From NCBI GenBank assembly GCA_965205165.1, contig OZ242037.1, positions 339,294 to 403,293 of the forward strand: a stretch of DNA of 64,000 bases, given 5' to 3'. Both the position numbers and the translations under genes were made by a program. The notes beneath the pieces were generated by a model. The model was given only the letters and a program-made list of their open reading frames with translations. It ran no database searches and was not told where the DNA came from. This DNA comes from Dehalococcoidia bacterium (GTDB taxonomy: Bacteria > Chloroflexota > Dehalococcoidia > Bin125). Below, in pieces: positions 24,650 through 34,430 of the stretch (its first letter is position 1; every line of letters starts with the position of its first letter).

Positions 24650-25099
24650 ATGAGCGCGGCGGTGCTGGAGGAGGCGCGGCTGCCGCTGGAGCGGGCGGCG
24701 CTGCTGCTGGCGGTGGGGGACGGGCTGTGCGAGATCGGGCGGCTGCGGACGGGGGAGCGGGCGGGGCAGTTCTCGATCTTCAATTTCCTGATCCGCTGCG
24801 CGGCCGAGGAGGATGGGGAGGATCCGCCGCATGTGCTGCTGATGCGGGCGGGGATCATCCGGCGGCACGCCTGGTGGATGCGGTACCGGCTGCCGCGGGG
24901 GGATGCGCCGCTGCGCTTGGAGCTGCCCGGGACGCTGGACAAGGGCTGGGATTGGGCGCCGGCGGTGGAGGAGATCGCGGAGCGGCTGCGGCGGTCGGAG
25001 GTTTGGGAAGAGGCGGTGGGGGCGTCGGTGGATTCGCGGATATCGCGGTTCGCGCAGGAGCTGCGCGAGGCGGAGGTGCGGCGGGTCGAGCGGGATTAG
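24650..25099 (+). CDS. hypothetical protein (149 aa)
   Basis: In-frame ATG at 24650 within track ORF 24407..25099. The composition looks protein-like (FSIFNFLIRCAAEEDGEDPPHVLLMRAGIIRRHAWWMRY). No family recognised. Divergent from the small-TM/Crp operon. Confidence 0.45.
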   Translation: MSAAVLEEARLPLERAALLLAVGDGLCEIGRLRTGERAGQFSIFNFLIRCAAEEDGEDPPHVLLMRAGIIRRHAWWMRYRLPRGDAPLRLELPGTLDKGWDWAPAVEEIAERLRRSEVWEEAVGASVDSRISRFAQELREAEVRRVERD

Positions 25100-26385
25100 A
25101 CGGGTGAGGGGAGCGGGGGCATTTCGGAGGCGACGGGGATGCCGGTCGGCCGGGTCGCGGTGACGCCGGCGTCGGCGAGGGCTTGTTGTTCGGATTCGGG
25201 CAGGCCGAGCAGACCGCCGAGGATTTCGGCGTTGTGCTGGCCGAAATCGGGTGCGGGGGAGAGGACGCAGGGGCCGGCGCCGCTGGAGCGCCAGAGCCAG
25301 CCGTGGACCATCCAGATGCCGACTTCGGGATGTCGGAGGGGCTCGTAGAAGCCGCGGGCCTTGAACTGGGGGTCCTGGTTGACGAGTTCGAGGCATTTCC
25401 AGACGGGGGAGGAGGGGATGCGTGCCTGACGGAGGCGCTCGAAGATGTCCTCCTTGCGGTGCTGGCGGGTCCATTGGGAGAGCTGGTCGTCGAGCGAGTC
25501 GCGGTGTTCCCAGCGGTAGATCTGATCGGAGTAGGCCTCGTCTTCGGCCCATTGGGGGGAGCCCATGATGAGTTTGAGGGCGTCCCATTCGGCGTCGGTG
25601 CGGACGCAGATGGCGATCCAATCGTCGTCGCCGGCGCAGGGGTAGAGGTTGTGGGGCGACATCCAGTCGTGGCGGTTGCCCTGATGCTGGGGGAGGCGCT
25701 GGTTCATGGACCAGTCCATGAAGAATTCGCCGAGCATGGTGGTCATGACTTCGCGCTGGGCGAGGTCGATGTACTGGCCGCGTCCGGTGCGGTGGCGGTG
25801 GATGAGGGCGGTGGCGACGGCTGCGGCGGCGGCGGTGCCGGCGATGGGGTCGCCGTAGGAGATGCCGCTCTTGTAGGGGATGCCGTCGTCGCCGTAGCCC
25901 GAGGTGGAGGTGAGGCCGGAGAGCATTTCGATGATCGGGCCGTAGCCGACGGCGTTGCGTTCGGGGCCGGTTTTGCCGAAGCCGGCCATGCCGACGACGA
26001 TGATGTCGTCGCGCTGGGAGCGGAGCCAGTCGTAGGAGAGGCCGAGGTTGTCCATCACGTCGGTTCGGTAGTTTTCGATCACGACGTCGCAGTGGGGGAG
26101 GAGTTTGGCGAAGACGGCTTTGCCTTGTTCGGAGGCGAGGTCGAGGGTGAGTGATTTCTTGTTGCGGGAGTACTCGTGGAAGTAGAAGTTGGTGTTCCAC
26201 CAGTGCTCGCCGGGCGCCATGGGCGGGGGGAGCAGGGTGCGGATGTTGTCCCAGGCGGCGGGGGATTCGATCTTGATCACTTCCGCGCCTTGGTCGGCCA
26301 GGATTTTGGTCGCGTAGGGGCCGGCCCAGATCATGGTGAGGTCGGCGATGCGGATTCCTTGCAGGGGTCGTCCGGGTTCGGGCAT
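25096..26385 (-). CDS. family III CoA-transferase (CaiB/BaiF type)
   Basis: 429 aa with GIRIADLTMIWAGPYATKILADQGAEVIKIESP, a typical family III N-terminal motif. Confidence 0.9.
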   Translation of the reverse strand: MPEPGRPLQGIRIADLTMIWAGPYATKILADQGAEVIKIESPAAWDNIRTLLPPPMAPGEHWWNTNFYFHEYSRNKKSLTLDLASEQGKAVFAKLLPHCDVVIENYRTDVMDNLGLSYDWLRSQRDDIIVVGMAGFGKTGPERNAVGYGPIIEMLSGLTSTSGYGDDGIPYKSGISYGDPIAGTAAAAAVATALIHRHRTGRGQYIDLAQREVMTTMLGEFFMDWSMNQRLPQHQGNRHDWMSPHNLYPCAGDDDWIAICVRTDAEWDALKLIMGSPQWAEDEAYSDQIYRWEHRDSLDDQLSQWTRQHRKEDIFERLRQARIPSSPVWKCLELVNQDPQFKARGFYEPLRHPEVGIWMVHGWLWRSSGAGPCVLSPAPDFGQHNAEILGGLLGLPESEQQALADAGVTATRPTGIPVASEMPPLPSPV

Positions 26386-26394
26386 GTTGGATTC

Positions 26395-27600
26395 CTAGAC
26401 GGCGTTGAGTTCGCGCAGGCGGACGATGTCTTCGGGGTCGTAGCCGAGTTCGGCGAGGATCTCGGGCAGGTGCTGGCCGAGTTTGGGGGCGGGGGCGTCG
26501 GACCAGCCGTAGTCATCTGCGGCCCAGAGGCGGCCGGGGTAGGTGAGGGTTCCGGCTCCGGTATCGGCGGTGGTGAAGTAGCCGCGGCCGTGCATGTGCC
26601 GGTTTTCGGCGAGGTCTTGGATGGAGGCGACGTAGCCGAAGGGGACGCGGTGCTGGATGCCGAGTTGGAGCAGTTCTTCGGGGGTGCGCTGGGCGAACCA
26701 GGCGTAGAGGATGGCCGCGATCTCGTCGTTATGTTCGGCGCGGGCGGCGGGGTCTTCGATGATGTTCATGGCGCGGAGGGAGTCGTCGTCGACGGCATCG
26801 AGCAGGCCGGGCAGGTTGCGGGGGAGGGCGCAGACGCCGCCGTAGCCGTCGGCGGTGGGGTAGACGCCCCAGGTGGCGGAGATGAAGTTGCCGCTGCGCT
26901 GGTGCTCGACGCCGAGTTGGGCGGCGCGGGTCATGAAGGCTTCGGCCATGCCGGCGTAGGTTTCGACGATGGCGAGGTCGATGTGGGCGCCCTGGCCGTG
27001 GACGATCGCGGCGTAGGCGGCGGCGGAGATGGCGGCGAAGGCGTTGAGGCCGGCTTGGTAGGAGGGCTGGGAGCCGCCGTTCTTGAGCGGGGGGCGGTCG
27101 GAGTCGCCGGTGAGCCAGGCCTGCCCGCAGGCGGCGAACATGGTGAGTTCGGTGGCGGGCAGTTCGGCGTTGGGCCCGGTTTGGCCGAAGGGGGTGATCG
27201 AGGCCATGACCAGCTGCGGGCGGTCGCGGGAGAGCGCTTCGTAGCCGAGGCCGAGTTCGTCGAGGCGGCCGGGGGTGGAGGATTCGATGATGATGTCGGC
27301 GGTCGCGGCCAGCTCGGCGAAGATGGCGCGGCCGTCGCTGGTTTCGAGGTTGAGGGTGAGGCCGCGCTTCGCCCCGTTGAGGTAGAGGAAGAGTCCGCTG
27401 GTTTCGTCGTCGGGCACGTCGCCGGGCCAGGGGCCGAAGGCGCGGGAGGCGTCGCCGGTCGGGGGCTCGACCTTGATCACGTCCGCGCCGAGGGCGGCGA
27501 GCCAGCGTCCGGCGAAGGGGCCGGCGATGCCTTCGGCGAGTTCGATCACGCGGATGCCGTCGTAGGGCCGCGCTGCGTCTGGCTGGGCGGGGTCTGTCAC
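26395..27600 (-). CDS. family III CoA-transferase
   Basis: 401 aa with GIRVIELAEGIAGPFAGRWLAALGADVIKVEPP. Confidence 0.9.
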   Translation of the reverse strand: MTDPAQPDAARPYDGIRVIELAEGIAGPFAGRWLAALGADVIKVEPPTGDASRAFGPWPGDVPDDETSGLFLYLNGAKRGLTLNLETSDGRAIFAELAATADIIIESSTPGRLDELGLGYEALSRDRPQLVMASITPFGQTGPNAELPATELTMFAACGQAWLTGDSDRPPLKNGGSQPSYQAGLNAFAAISAAAYAAIVHGQGAHIDLAIVETYAGMAEAFMTRAAQLGVEHQRSGNFISATWGVYPTADGYGGVCALPRNLPGLLDAVDDDSLRAMNIIEDPAARAEHNDEIAAILYAWFAQRTPEELLQLGIQHRVPFGYVASIQDLAENRHMHGRGYFTTADTGAGTLTYPGRLWAADDYGWSDAPAPKLGQHLPEILAELGYDPEDIVRLRELNAV

Positions 27601-27643
27601 GGGGGAGAGTTTAGAGGAGGATCGGCCCTAGACTGCGGGGTGC

Positions 27644-28888
27644 ATGACGACGGCGAGCGCGGCAACGGGCGTGACGGCGGTCGAGCGGGGCGAACCGCTG
27701 CTGGCGGGCGCGCGCGTGGTCGAGCTGGCGTCGGAGATCGCGGGGCCGTTCGCGGCGAAGCTGCTGGGCGATGCGGGTGCCGAGGTGATCAAGGTGGAGC
27801 CGCCGGGCGGGGATCCGGCGCGGGGCTGGGCGCCGTTCGCCGCGGAGCGGCCGGATCGGGAGGCGGGGATCGCGTGGCTGAACTACAACACGTCGAAGCG
27901 GAGCGTGGTGCTGGACGTGTTCAGCGCCGCGGGGCGGCGGCTGATGCTGGGGCTGCTGGAAGAGGCGGACGTGCTGGTGACCGATTTCCCCGCCGGCGAG
28001 CTGTCGGCGGCGGGGCTGGAACCGCCGCTGCTGGAGGAGCTGTTCCCGCGGCTGGTGATCGCGTCGCTGACGCCTTGGGGCTTGGAGGGGGAAGAGGCGG
28101 ACGCGCCGTCGTGCGCGCTGACGCGGGCGCATGCGTCGGGGGCGGCGGCGGGGGTGCGGCGGAACTTGGGGTCGGACGGGGGCGCGCCGGTGATGGCGGG
28201 CGGGCGGGTGCATGAAGCGGATGCCGGCTTCGCGCTGGCGCTGGCGGTGTGGTCGGCGCTGGTCGCGCGGGAGCGGGGGACGGGCGGGCAGGTCGTGGAG
28301 GTGGCGAGCGCGGAGGCGATGATGACGATCGACCGGGTGGACATTTCGATCGCGGCGAACGACGGAGGGCCGCCGATGGCGATGCGTTCGGGGCGCGGGG
28401 CGTTCGGCGGGATGATGGAATGCGCGGACGGGCACGTGATCGCGGTGACGCCGAATCCGCACCAGTGGCGCGGGCTGCTGCGGGCGATGGGGGATCCGGA
28501 GTGGGCGTTCGACGAATCGGGCGGGCTGCGCGACCGGATGAAGCTGGCGGAGCAGGCGGGCGACCGGATCGCGGAGTGGGCGAAGGCGCGCAGCCGTGAC
28601 GACGCGTACCGGGCGCTGCAAGCGGAGAGCGCGCCGGCCGGGCCGGTGCTGCGGCCGGCGGAGGTGATGGAATCGGAGCAGGAGCGGATGCGGGAGTACT
28701 TCGAGCCGCTGGCGCATCCGGTCGCGGGCGAGGGGCTGTACGCGCAGCTGCCGGCCGATTGGACGGGTGCGCGGCGGGCGGCGCGGAGTCCGGCGCCGGC
28801 GCTGGGCGAGGCGACGGTCGAGGTGCTGGGCGGGCGCTTGGGCGCGTGGAACGCGGCGCAGGCGCGGCGGGCGGGGGTGATCGGATGA
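27644..28888 (+). CDS. family III CoA-transferase
   Basis: 414 aa with GARVVELASEIAGPFAAKLLGDAGAEVIKVEPPGGDP. Divergent from the previous gene across 43 nt. Confidence 0.9.
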   Translation: MTTASAATGVTAVERGEPLLAGARVVELASEIAGPFAAKLLGDAGAEVIKVEPPGGDPARGWAPFAAERPDREAGIAWLNYNTSKRSVVLDVFSAAGRRLMLGLLEEADVLVTDFPAGELSAAGLEPPLLEELFPRLVIASLTPWGLEGEEADAPSCALTRAHASGAAAGVRRNLGSDGGAPVMAGGRVHEADAGFALALAVWSALVARERGTGGQVVEVASAEAMMTIDRVDISIAANDGGPPMAMRSGRGAFGGMMECADGHVIAVTPNPHQWRGLLRAMGDPEWAFDESGGLRDRMKLAEQAGDRIAEWAKARSRDDAYRALQAESAPAGPVLRPAEVMESEQERMREYFEPLAHPVAGEGLYAQLPADWTGARRAARSPAPALGEATVEVLGGRLGAWNAAQARRAGVIG

Positions 28889-30171
28889 GCGCCAACGGGA
28901 TGCAGGCGGCGCTGCAGCCGCGGGCGCACCGCGGGCCGCTGGCCGGGTACCGGATCATCGACTTCACCTGGGCTTGGGCGGGGCCGTACGGGGCGATGCT
29001 GCTGGCGCTGCTGGGGGCGGAGACGATCAAGGTCGAATCGGCGACGCGGATCGACCATTCGCGGCAGCGCTCGCTGGCGATGGGCTCGTTCAGCGGCGGG
29101 CTGAACCAAGCGCCGATGTTCAACGAGCTGAACCTGAACAAGATGTCGATCCAGCTGAACCTGAAGACGGAGGGGGCGAAGCGGGTGATCCGGGATCTGG
29201 CGGCGGCGAGCGACGGGGCGATCGACAACTTCCGGCCGGGCACGCTGGACAAGCTCGGGCTGGGTTATGACGAGCTGCGGGAGGTGAATCCGGAGATCGT
29301 GATGACGTCGGCGTCGGCGCTGGGCGCGGCGGGGCCGGAGCGGAACTACACGGGCTACGCGCCGACCTTCGCGGCGCTGGCGGGGCTGGCCTGGCTGTCG
29401 GGCGAGCCGGAAGAGCCGCCGCTGATGATGGGCGGCTCGATCGACCTGCGGGCGGGCACGGCGGCGGCGCTGGCGATGATCGCGGGGCTGCACTACCGCG
29501 AGCGGACGGGGCGGGGGCAGTTCGTGGACGCATCGTCGCGGGAGGCGATCGCGGTGCACATCGGGGAGGAGTTCCTGCGCTGCTCGCTGCTGGGGGAGGA
29601 CGGGGATCGGCTGGGCAACGGGCACCGGGCCTGGGCGCCGCACGGGGTGTTCCGCTGCGCGTCGATGCACCCGCCGAACGGGACGGCGGAAGCGAACGGG
29701 GGCGCGTGGCTGGCGCTGGCCTGCCGCGACGATCGGGAGTGGGACGGGCTGTGCGAGACGGCGGGGCTGGATCATCTGCGGGCGGACGCGCGGTTCGCGA
29801 CGGGGCTGCGGCGCTTTCAGCACCGCGAGGAGCTGCACCGGGCGGTGGAGGCGTGGACGTCGGAGCAGGCGGCGAGCAGCGCGGCGGAGGCGTTGAACGC
29901 GGCGGGGGTGCCGGCGAGCCCGTCGCTGTGGGGGCGGGATATCCACGAGTCGCGGCGGTTCCGCTCGCGCGGCAGCGGGGTGGCGATTTCGCCGCCGGAG
30001 ATCGCGGAGCGGACGGTGCTGGGCCCGCCGTGGCGGTTTTCGGAGACGCCGGCGGAGATCATTTCGCCGTCGCCGCGGCTCGGGGAGGACACGCGCTTCG
30101 TGCTGTCGCGCGTACTTGGCTACGATGAGGGCAGGATTTCGGAATTGGAAGCGGAAGGCGCGCTGGAGTAG
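28885..30171 (+). CDS. family III CoA-transferase
   Basis: ATG at 28885 overlaps the upstream stop (ATGA). Contains GYRIIDFTWAWAGPYGAMLLALLGAETIKVES. Confidence 0.9.
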   Translation: MSANGMQAALQPRAHRGPLAGYRIIDFTWAWAGPYGAMLLALLGAETIKVESATRIDHSRQRSLAMGSFSGGLNQAPMFNELNLNKMSIQLNLKTEGAKRVIRDLAAASDGAIDNFRPGTLDKLGLGYDELREVNPEIVMTSASALGAAGPERNYTGYAPTFAALAGLAWLSGEPEEPPLMMGGSIDLRAGTAAALAMIAGLHYRERTGRGQFVDASSREAIAVHIGEEFLRCSLLGEDGDRLGNGHRAWAPHGVFRCASMHPPNGTAEANGGAWLALACRDDREWDGLCETAGLDHLRADARFATGLRRFQHREELHRAVEAWTSEQAASSAAEALNAAGVPASPSLWGRDIHESRRFRSRGSGVAISPPEIAERTVLGPPWRFSETPAEIISPSPRLGEDTRFVLSRVLGYDEGRISELEAEGALE

Positions 30172-30203
30172 CGCGGGAGAGCAGGCAGGAAGCGGAGGCA
30201 GGC

Positions 30204-31172
30204 ATGCGGCATCTCGACCAACTGATCAGGGCGCTGCCGCGGATGGCGCTGCTCGCGGCCGCGCTGGTAGCGGTCGCGGCGGTCTGGGGCACGGGGGCCG
30301 ATACGGCGCAGGCCGAGGGCGATGACGGCGATTTGGTCCTGCTGCCGACGGTGCAGGTCGCCAGCGAGGGATATCTCACATTCGAGGATGAGGGCGGGCG
30401 CTACTGGGCGCGGCTGCGGGCGGACGAGGCCGTGATCACGTTCTACGAAACGGACTCGTCGCAGCCGATCTGGACGGCGGCGGTTCCGTTCGACGCCGGC
30501 GCGCTGGCCGGCGACCCTGCGAATGGTTCGAGTACGGGGATCAGGCTGCGGGCGATCGCGGCGAACCTGACGGACGACGCGAAGGTGTTCCACGATGCGG
30601 ATACGCGCACGTACGAGTACGTGCGGCCCTTGGAGCTGGTTCCCCCAAGCGTTCGGCTGGCGATGAGCGGAGCCACCGTCATGGTGGATGCGGCGGCGCC
30701 GGCCGGCAGGGTGATCTACGCCAGGTTCAAGGCCGACCTGGGGGACGAGTACGTCGCGACGGTGCGCGGGGCGGAAGTGGAAGTCCGGTTCTATCCGCAG
30801 GGCGGCAGCCGGCATGAGTGGTCTGCGACCGTGCAATTGAACGAGCCGGTGGAGAGCATCGATCCGACGCTCGCGGCGACGCTGATCGAGGCCATTCGCT
30901 CGATCACGCTTGCCGACTTCCAACCGCCGACGGGGTCCGGGGACGCCCGCCCGGGCGGCGGTGCGAGCGGGGCGGCGGTTCCGGCACCCGAGGCGGAGCA
31001 GTCGCGCATTCCGCAGCAGGCGGCGCCGGATGAGGGGGGGACGGGGGTGAACAACTTCGACCGGGAGGAGTGGTACGAGTTCTCGATCCTGCTTGCGCCG
31101 TTCCTGGTGCTGGTGACGTTCATCCTGATCCTGATGTTCATGTGGGATCGGCATTCGGGCGAGGAGGGCTGA
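30204..31172 (+). CDS. hypothetical secreted protein with C-terminal TM anchor
   Basis: 322 aa with an N-terminal signal-like MALLAAALVAVAAVWGTGADTAQA and a C-terminal helix FSILLAPFLVLVTFILILMFMW. No family recognised. Confidence 0.6.
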   Translation: MRHLDQLIRALPRMALLAAALVAVAAVWGTGADTAQAEGDDGDLVLLPTVQVASEGYLTFEDEGGRYWARLRADEAVITFYETDSSQPIWTAAVPFDAGALAGDPANGSSTGIRLRAIAANLTDDAKVFHDADTRTYEYVRPLELVPPSVRLAMSGATVMVDAAAPAGRVIYARFKADLGDEYVATVRGAEVEVRFYPQGGSRHEWSATVQLNEPVESIDPTLAATLIEAIRSITLADFQPPTGSGDARPGGGASGAAVPAPEAEQSRIPQQAAPDEGGTGVNNFDREEWYEFSILLAPFLVLVTFILILMFMWDRHSGEEG

Positions 31173-31175
31173 GCC

Positions 31176-31655
31176 GTGGCCGAGCCGCTGGCGGAGGAAC
31201 TGGTCGCGCTGCTGGTCGAGCGCGGGCTGAAGCTGGCGACGGCGGAGACGGACACGGGCGGCCTGATGGGGCACTGGATTACGGATGTGCCCGGTTGCTC
31301 GAAGGCGTGGATCGGCGGGGTCGCGCCGTACACGGGGCGGACGAAGACGGACCTGATCGGCGTCGACGTCGAGGTGCTGCGCGAGCACGGGTCGGTCAGC
31401 GAGGAGTGCGCGGTGGCGATGGCGCGGGGGGCGCGGGACGCCTTGGGGGCGGACATCGGCGTGGCGGAGACGGGGATCACGGGGCCGACCGGGGGGAGCG
31501 ATGAGCGCCCGGTCGGGACGGTCTGGATCGCCTGCGTCGGGCCGGGCGAGCGCGTCGCGGCGGAACGGCAGGTTTGGAGCGAGGATCGGGCCGGGAACAA
31601 GGTGCTGACGGCTCGGCGGGCGCTCGAGCTGGTGCGCGAAGCGGCGGCGGGCTGA
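31176..31655 (+). CDS. CinA C-terminal domain / nicotinamide-nucleotide amidohydrolase (PncC-like)
   Basis: 159 aa (GTG start) with LATAETDTGGL, GGVAPYT, EHGSVSEECAVAMARGA and GVAETGITGPTGG, as in the CinA family. Confidence 0.85.
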   Translation: MAEPLAEELVALLVERGLKLATAETDTGGLMGHWITDVPGCSKAWIGGVAPYTGRTKTDLIGVDVEVLREHGSVSEECAVAMARGARDALGADIGVAETGITGPTGGSDERPVGTVWIACVGPGERVAAERQVWSEDRAGNKVLTARRALELVREAAAG

Positions 31656-31662
31656 CGCTGAG

Positions 31663-33129
31663 ATGAGCAGGCCGAGCCCGATCGTCCGCGACTTGATCGA
31701 CGCCATCGGCGAAGAGGCGGTGGTTTGGCAGCCGGAGGATCTGCTGGTCTACGAGTACGACGCGACGATCGACCGCGGCAATCCGGACGCGATCGCGCTG
31801 CCCGCGAACACGGCCGACGTCGTGGCGCTGCTGAAGATCGCGAACAAGTACGGCGTGCCGGTGACGCCGCGGGGGGCGGGGACGGGGCTGAGCGGCGGGG
31901 CGCTGGCGGCGCGGGGGGGCGTCGTGATCGGGATGAACCGGATGCGGCGCATCCTCGATCTGGACCCGGAGAATCGGACGGCGCTGGTGCAGCCGGGCGT
32001 GGTGAACCTGGACTTGGGGGCGGAGGCGAACCGGCACGGGCTGGCCTATGCGCCGGATCCGAGCAGCCAGCGGGCCTGCACGATCGGCGGCAACGTGGCG
32101 GAGAACGCGGGCGGGCCGCACACGCTGGCCTGGGGCACGACGACGAACCACGTGCTGGCGCTGGAGCTGGTCACGCCGGACGGCGAGGTGCAGTGGATCG
32201 GGGATCCGCGTGGCGGGGTGGGGCGCGACCAGCCGGGCTACGACTTGGTCGGCTGCGTGGTGGGATCGGAGGGGACGGTGGGGATCGTGACGCAGGTGCT
32301 GGTGCGGCTGGTGCCGATGCCGACGGCGGTGCGGACGATGCTGGCGATCTACGACTCGGTGCGGCAGGCCTCGTCGGCGGTGTCGGCCGTGGTCGCGTCG
32401 GGCGTGGTGCCGGCGGCGCTGGAGATGATCGACAAGATGACGATCGCCGCGGTCGAGCCGGTGCTGGGCACCGGCTTCCCGCTGGACGCGGAGGCGGTGC
32501 TGCTGGTCGAGGTCGAGGGGCCGCCGTCGCAGGTGGAGTCGGAGGGGCGCGCGGTGGAGTCGATCCTGCGGCGGTTCGAGCCGCGGGAGGTGCGTTCGGC
32601 GACGGATCCGGAGGAGCGCGAGGCGCTCTGGGCGGGGCGCAAGGGGGCGATCGGGGCGCTGGGGCAGATCATGCCGAACTACTACCTGCTGGACGGGGTG
32701 GTGCCGCGGACGAAGCTGCCGGACGTGCTGGACACGGTCTACGACGTGGCGGAGCGCTACGGGCTACCGGTGGCGAACATGTTCCACGCGGGGGACGGGA
32801 ACCTGCATCCCTGCCTGCTGTTCGACGAGCGCGAACCGGGCGCGACGGAGCGGGTGCTGGACGCGGGCGGGGAGATCATGCGGGCGTGCGTGGACGCGGG
32901 CGGGGCGATCACGGGGGAGCACGGCGTGGGCTTGGAGAAGCGGGACTACCTGCCGTGGATCTTCACGGAGGACGACATCGAATCGATGCAGGCGCTGCGG
33001 GGCGCGTTCGGGCCGACGGAGAATTTCAATCCGTGCAAGATCTTCCCGGCCGGGCACGGCTGCGGCGAGGCGGCGAGCGGGCACGCGCAGCAGACGATCG
33101 CGCGGTTCGGCGACAAAGCGTACGTGTAG
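31663..33129 (+). CDS. glcD: glycolate oxidase subunit GlcD (FAD-linked oxidase)
   Basis: 488 aa with an FAD_binding_4 N-terminal domain (VTPRGAGTGLSGGA) and a C-terminal GGAITGEHGVGLEKRDYL...NFNPCKIFP. Confidence 0.9.
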   Translation: MSRPSPIVRDLIDAIGEEAVVWQPEDLLVYEYDATIDRGNPDAIALPANTADVVALLKIANKYGVPVTPRGAGTGLSGGALAARGGVVIGMNRMRRILDLDPENRTALVQPGVVNLDLGAEANRHGLAYAPDPSSQRACTIGGNVAENAGGPHTLAWGTTTNHVLALELVTPDGEVQWIGDPRGGVGRDQPGYDLVGCVVGSEGTVGIVTQVLVRLVPMPTAVRTMLAIYDSVRQASSAVSAVVASGVVPAALEMIDKMTIAAVEPVLGTGFPLDAEAVLLVEVEGPPSQVESEGRAVESILRRFEPREVRSATDPEEREALWAGRKGAIGALGQIMPNYYLLDGVVPRTKLPDVLDTVYDVAERYGLPVANMFHAGDGNLHPCLLFDEREPGATERVLDAGGEIMRACVDAGGAITGEHGVGLEKRDYLPWIFTEDDIESMQALRGAFGPTENFNPCKIFPAGHGCGEAASGHAQQTIARFGDKAYV

Positions 33130-33143
33130 GGCCGCGTCGGACG

Positions 33144-34388
33144 GTGGCGGACGAGCGGTACGGGATCGACGGGAACGCGCCGGCCGAGGCGGTCGTCGCG
33201 GAATCGCCGGAGCAGGTTTCGGAGCTGCTGCGGACGGCGACGGCGGAGGGCCGGGCCGTGTCGCCGATCGGCGGGCGGACGATGATCGGGCTGGGGATGC
33301 CGCCGGAGCGGTACGACGTCGCGCTCGACTTGGGCGGGATGTCGGACTTGGTCGACTACGAGCCGGACGATTTCACGGTGACGGCGCAGGCGGGGATGCC
33401 GCTGGCGCGCTTGCAGCAGGCGCTGGCGCAGCACGGGCAGTTCGTGCCGCTGGACGCGCCGGAGTTCGAGCGGGCGACGCTGGGCGGGATCGTCGCGGTC
33501 GGGCGCGGCGGGCTGCGGCGGGCGGCGCTGGGCTCGCCGCGGGACTGGCTGATCGGGCTGCGGGTGGCGCGCGCGGACGGGACGCAGATCCGCGGCGGCG
33601 GGCGGGTGGTGAAGAACGTGAGCGGGTACGACCTGCCGAAGCTGTACTGCGGCTCGCTGGGCACGCTGGGCGTGATCGTGGAGGTCTCGTTCAAGCTGCG
33701 CCCGCTGCCGAGCGCCGACCGGGTAGCGGTATTGGCGGCCGACTCGTTCGAGGCAGCGCTGGCGGCGGCAGCGGCGGTCTCGCGGAGCGTGGACGGGCTG
33801 AACGGCGTGGTCGCGGTCTCGGCGGGGGCGGCGGCGTTCGCCTCGGAGCGCGGCGCGGACGGGCCCGCCTCGGCCGCCCTGCTGCTGCGCGCATCGGGCT
33901 TGGAAGCATCGGTCGACGAGACGGTCGCCCGTGCGGTATCGGCCTCCGGGCTGGCAGCCACGCCGATGGACGCGGCGAGCGCCGTGGAAACTTGGCAGGC
34001 GATCGCGGATGCGGAGTTGTCGACCGCGGAGGGGGACTGCCGCTTGCGGCTGGGCGTGCGCCCCGCGTCTCTCGCAGAGGCGGAAGCCGCGCTCGCCGAA
34101 AGCCTGCCGCGGGCGAGGCCGCTGCTCGCAGCCGCCGATTCGGGCCTGCTGCTGCTTGACCTGCCCGAGGCCGATAAAGCGGATACCGCATCGGAGATCG
34201 TGGACCTGCGCGACGCCGTAGCGCATCTCGGCGCGCACGTAACGGTCGAGGAAGCATCGCCGGCGCTGAAAGCCGAGATCGACATCTGGGGCGACCCCGG
34301 CCCCGGCATCCGCCTGATGCGCAACGTCAAAGAAGCCTTCGACCCGAACCGAACGCTCAACCCCGGCCGCTACGTCGGCGGGATTTAA
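33144..34388 (+). CDS. glcE: glycolate oxidase FAD-binding subunit GlcE
   Basis: Genuine 3' part of the run-on ORF 31725..34388. The likely GTG start is at 33144 (VADERYGIDGN...). Contains VSPIGGRTMIGLG, VKNVSGYDLPKLYCGSLGTLGVIVEVSFKLRP and a FDPNRTLNPGRY tail. The start is uncertain by a few codons. Confidence 0.8.
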   Translation: MADERYGIDGNAPAEAVVAESPEQVSELLRTATAEGRAVSPIGGRTMIGLGMPPERYDVALDLGGMSDLVDYEPDDFTVTAQAGMPLARLQQALAQHGQFVPLDAPEFERATLGGIVAVGRGGLRRAALGSPRDWLIGLRVARADGTQIRGGGRVVKNVSGYDLPKLYCGSLGTLGVIVEVSFKLRPLPSADRVAVLAADSFEAALAAAAAVSRSVDGLNGVVAVSAGAAAFASERGADGPASAALLLRASGLEASVDETVARAVSASGLAATPMDAASAVETWQAIADAELSTAEGDCRLRLGVRPASLAEAEAALAESLPRARPLLAAADSGLLLLDLPEADKADTASEIVDLRDAVAHLGAHVTVEEASPALKAEIDIWGDPGPGIRLMRNVKEAFDPNRTLNPGRYVGGI

Positions 34389-34430
34389 GCGGCCCGCACT
34401 TCAGTAGGATCACGAACGCCGGAGGTTCCC

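Noticed and set aside
24625-25107. Alternative + frame ORF (160 aa, MATRRARPDERGGAGGGAAAAG...)
   Set aside because: The Gly/Ala/Arg low-complexity composition looks artefactual. The overlapping frame starting at ATG 24650 has protein-like composition.
31725-33143. First 473 codons of run-on + ORF 31725..34388
   Set aside because: This part is out of frame within glcD and has junk Gly/Arg/Ala composition. Only the part from about 33144 shows GlcE-like sequence.
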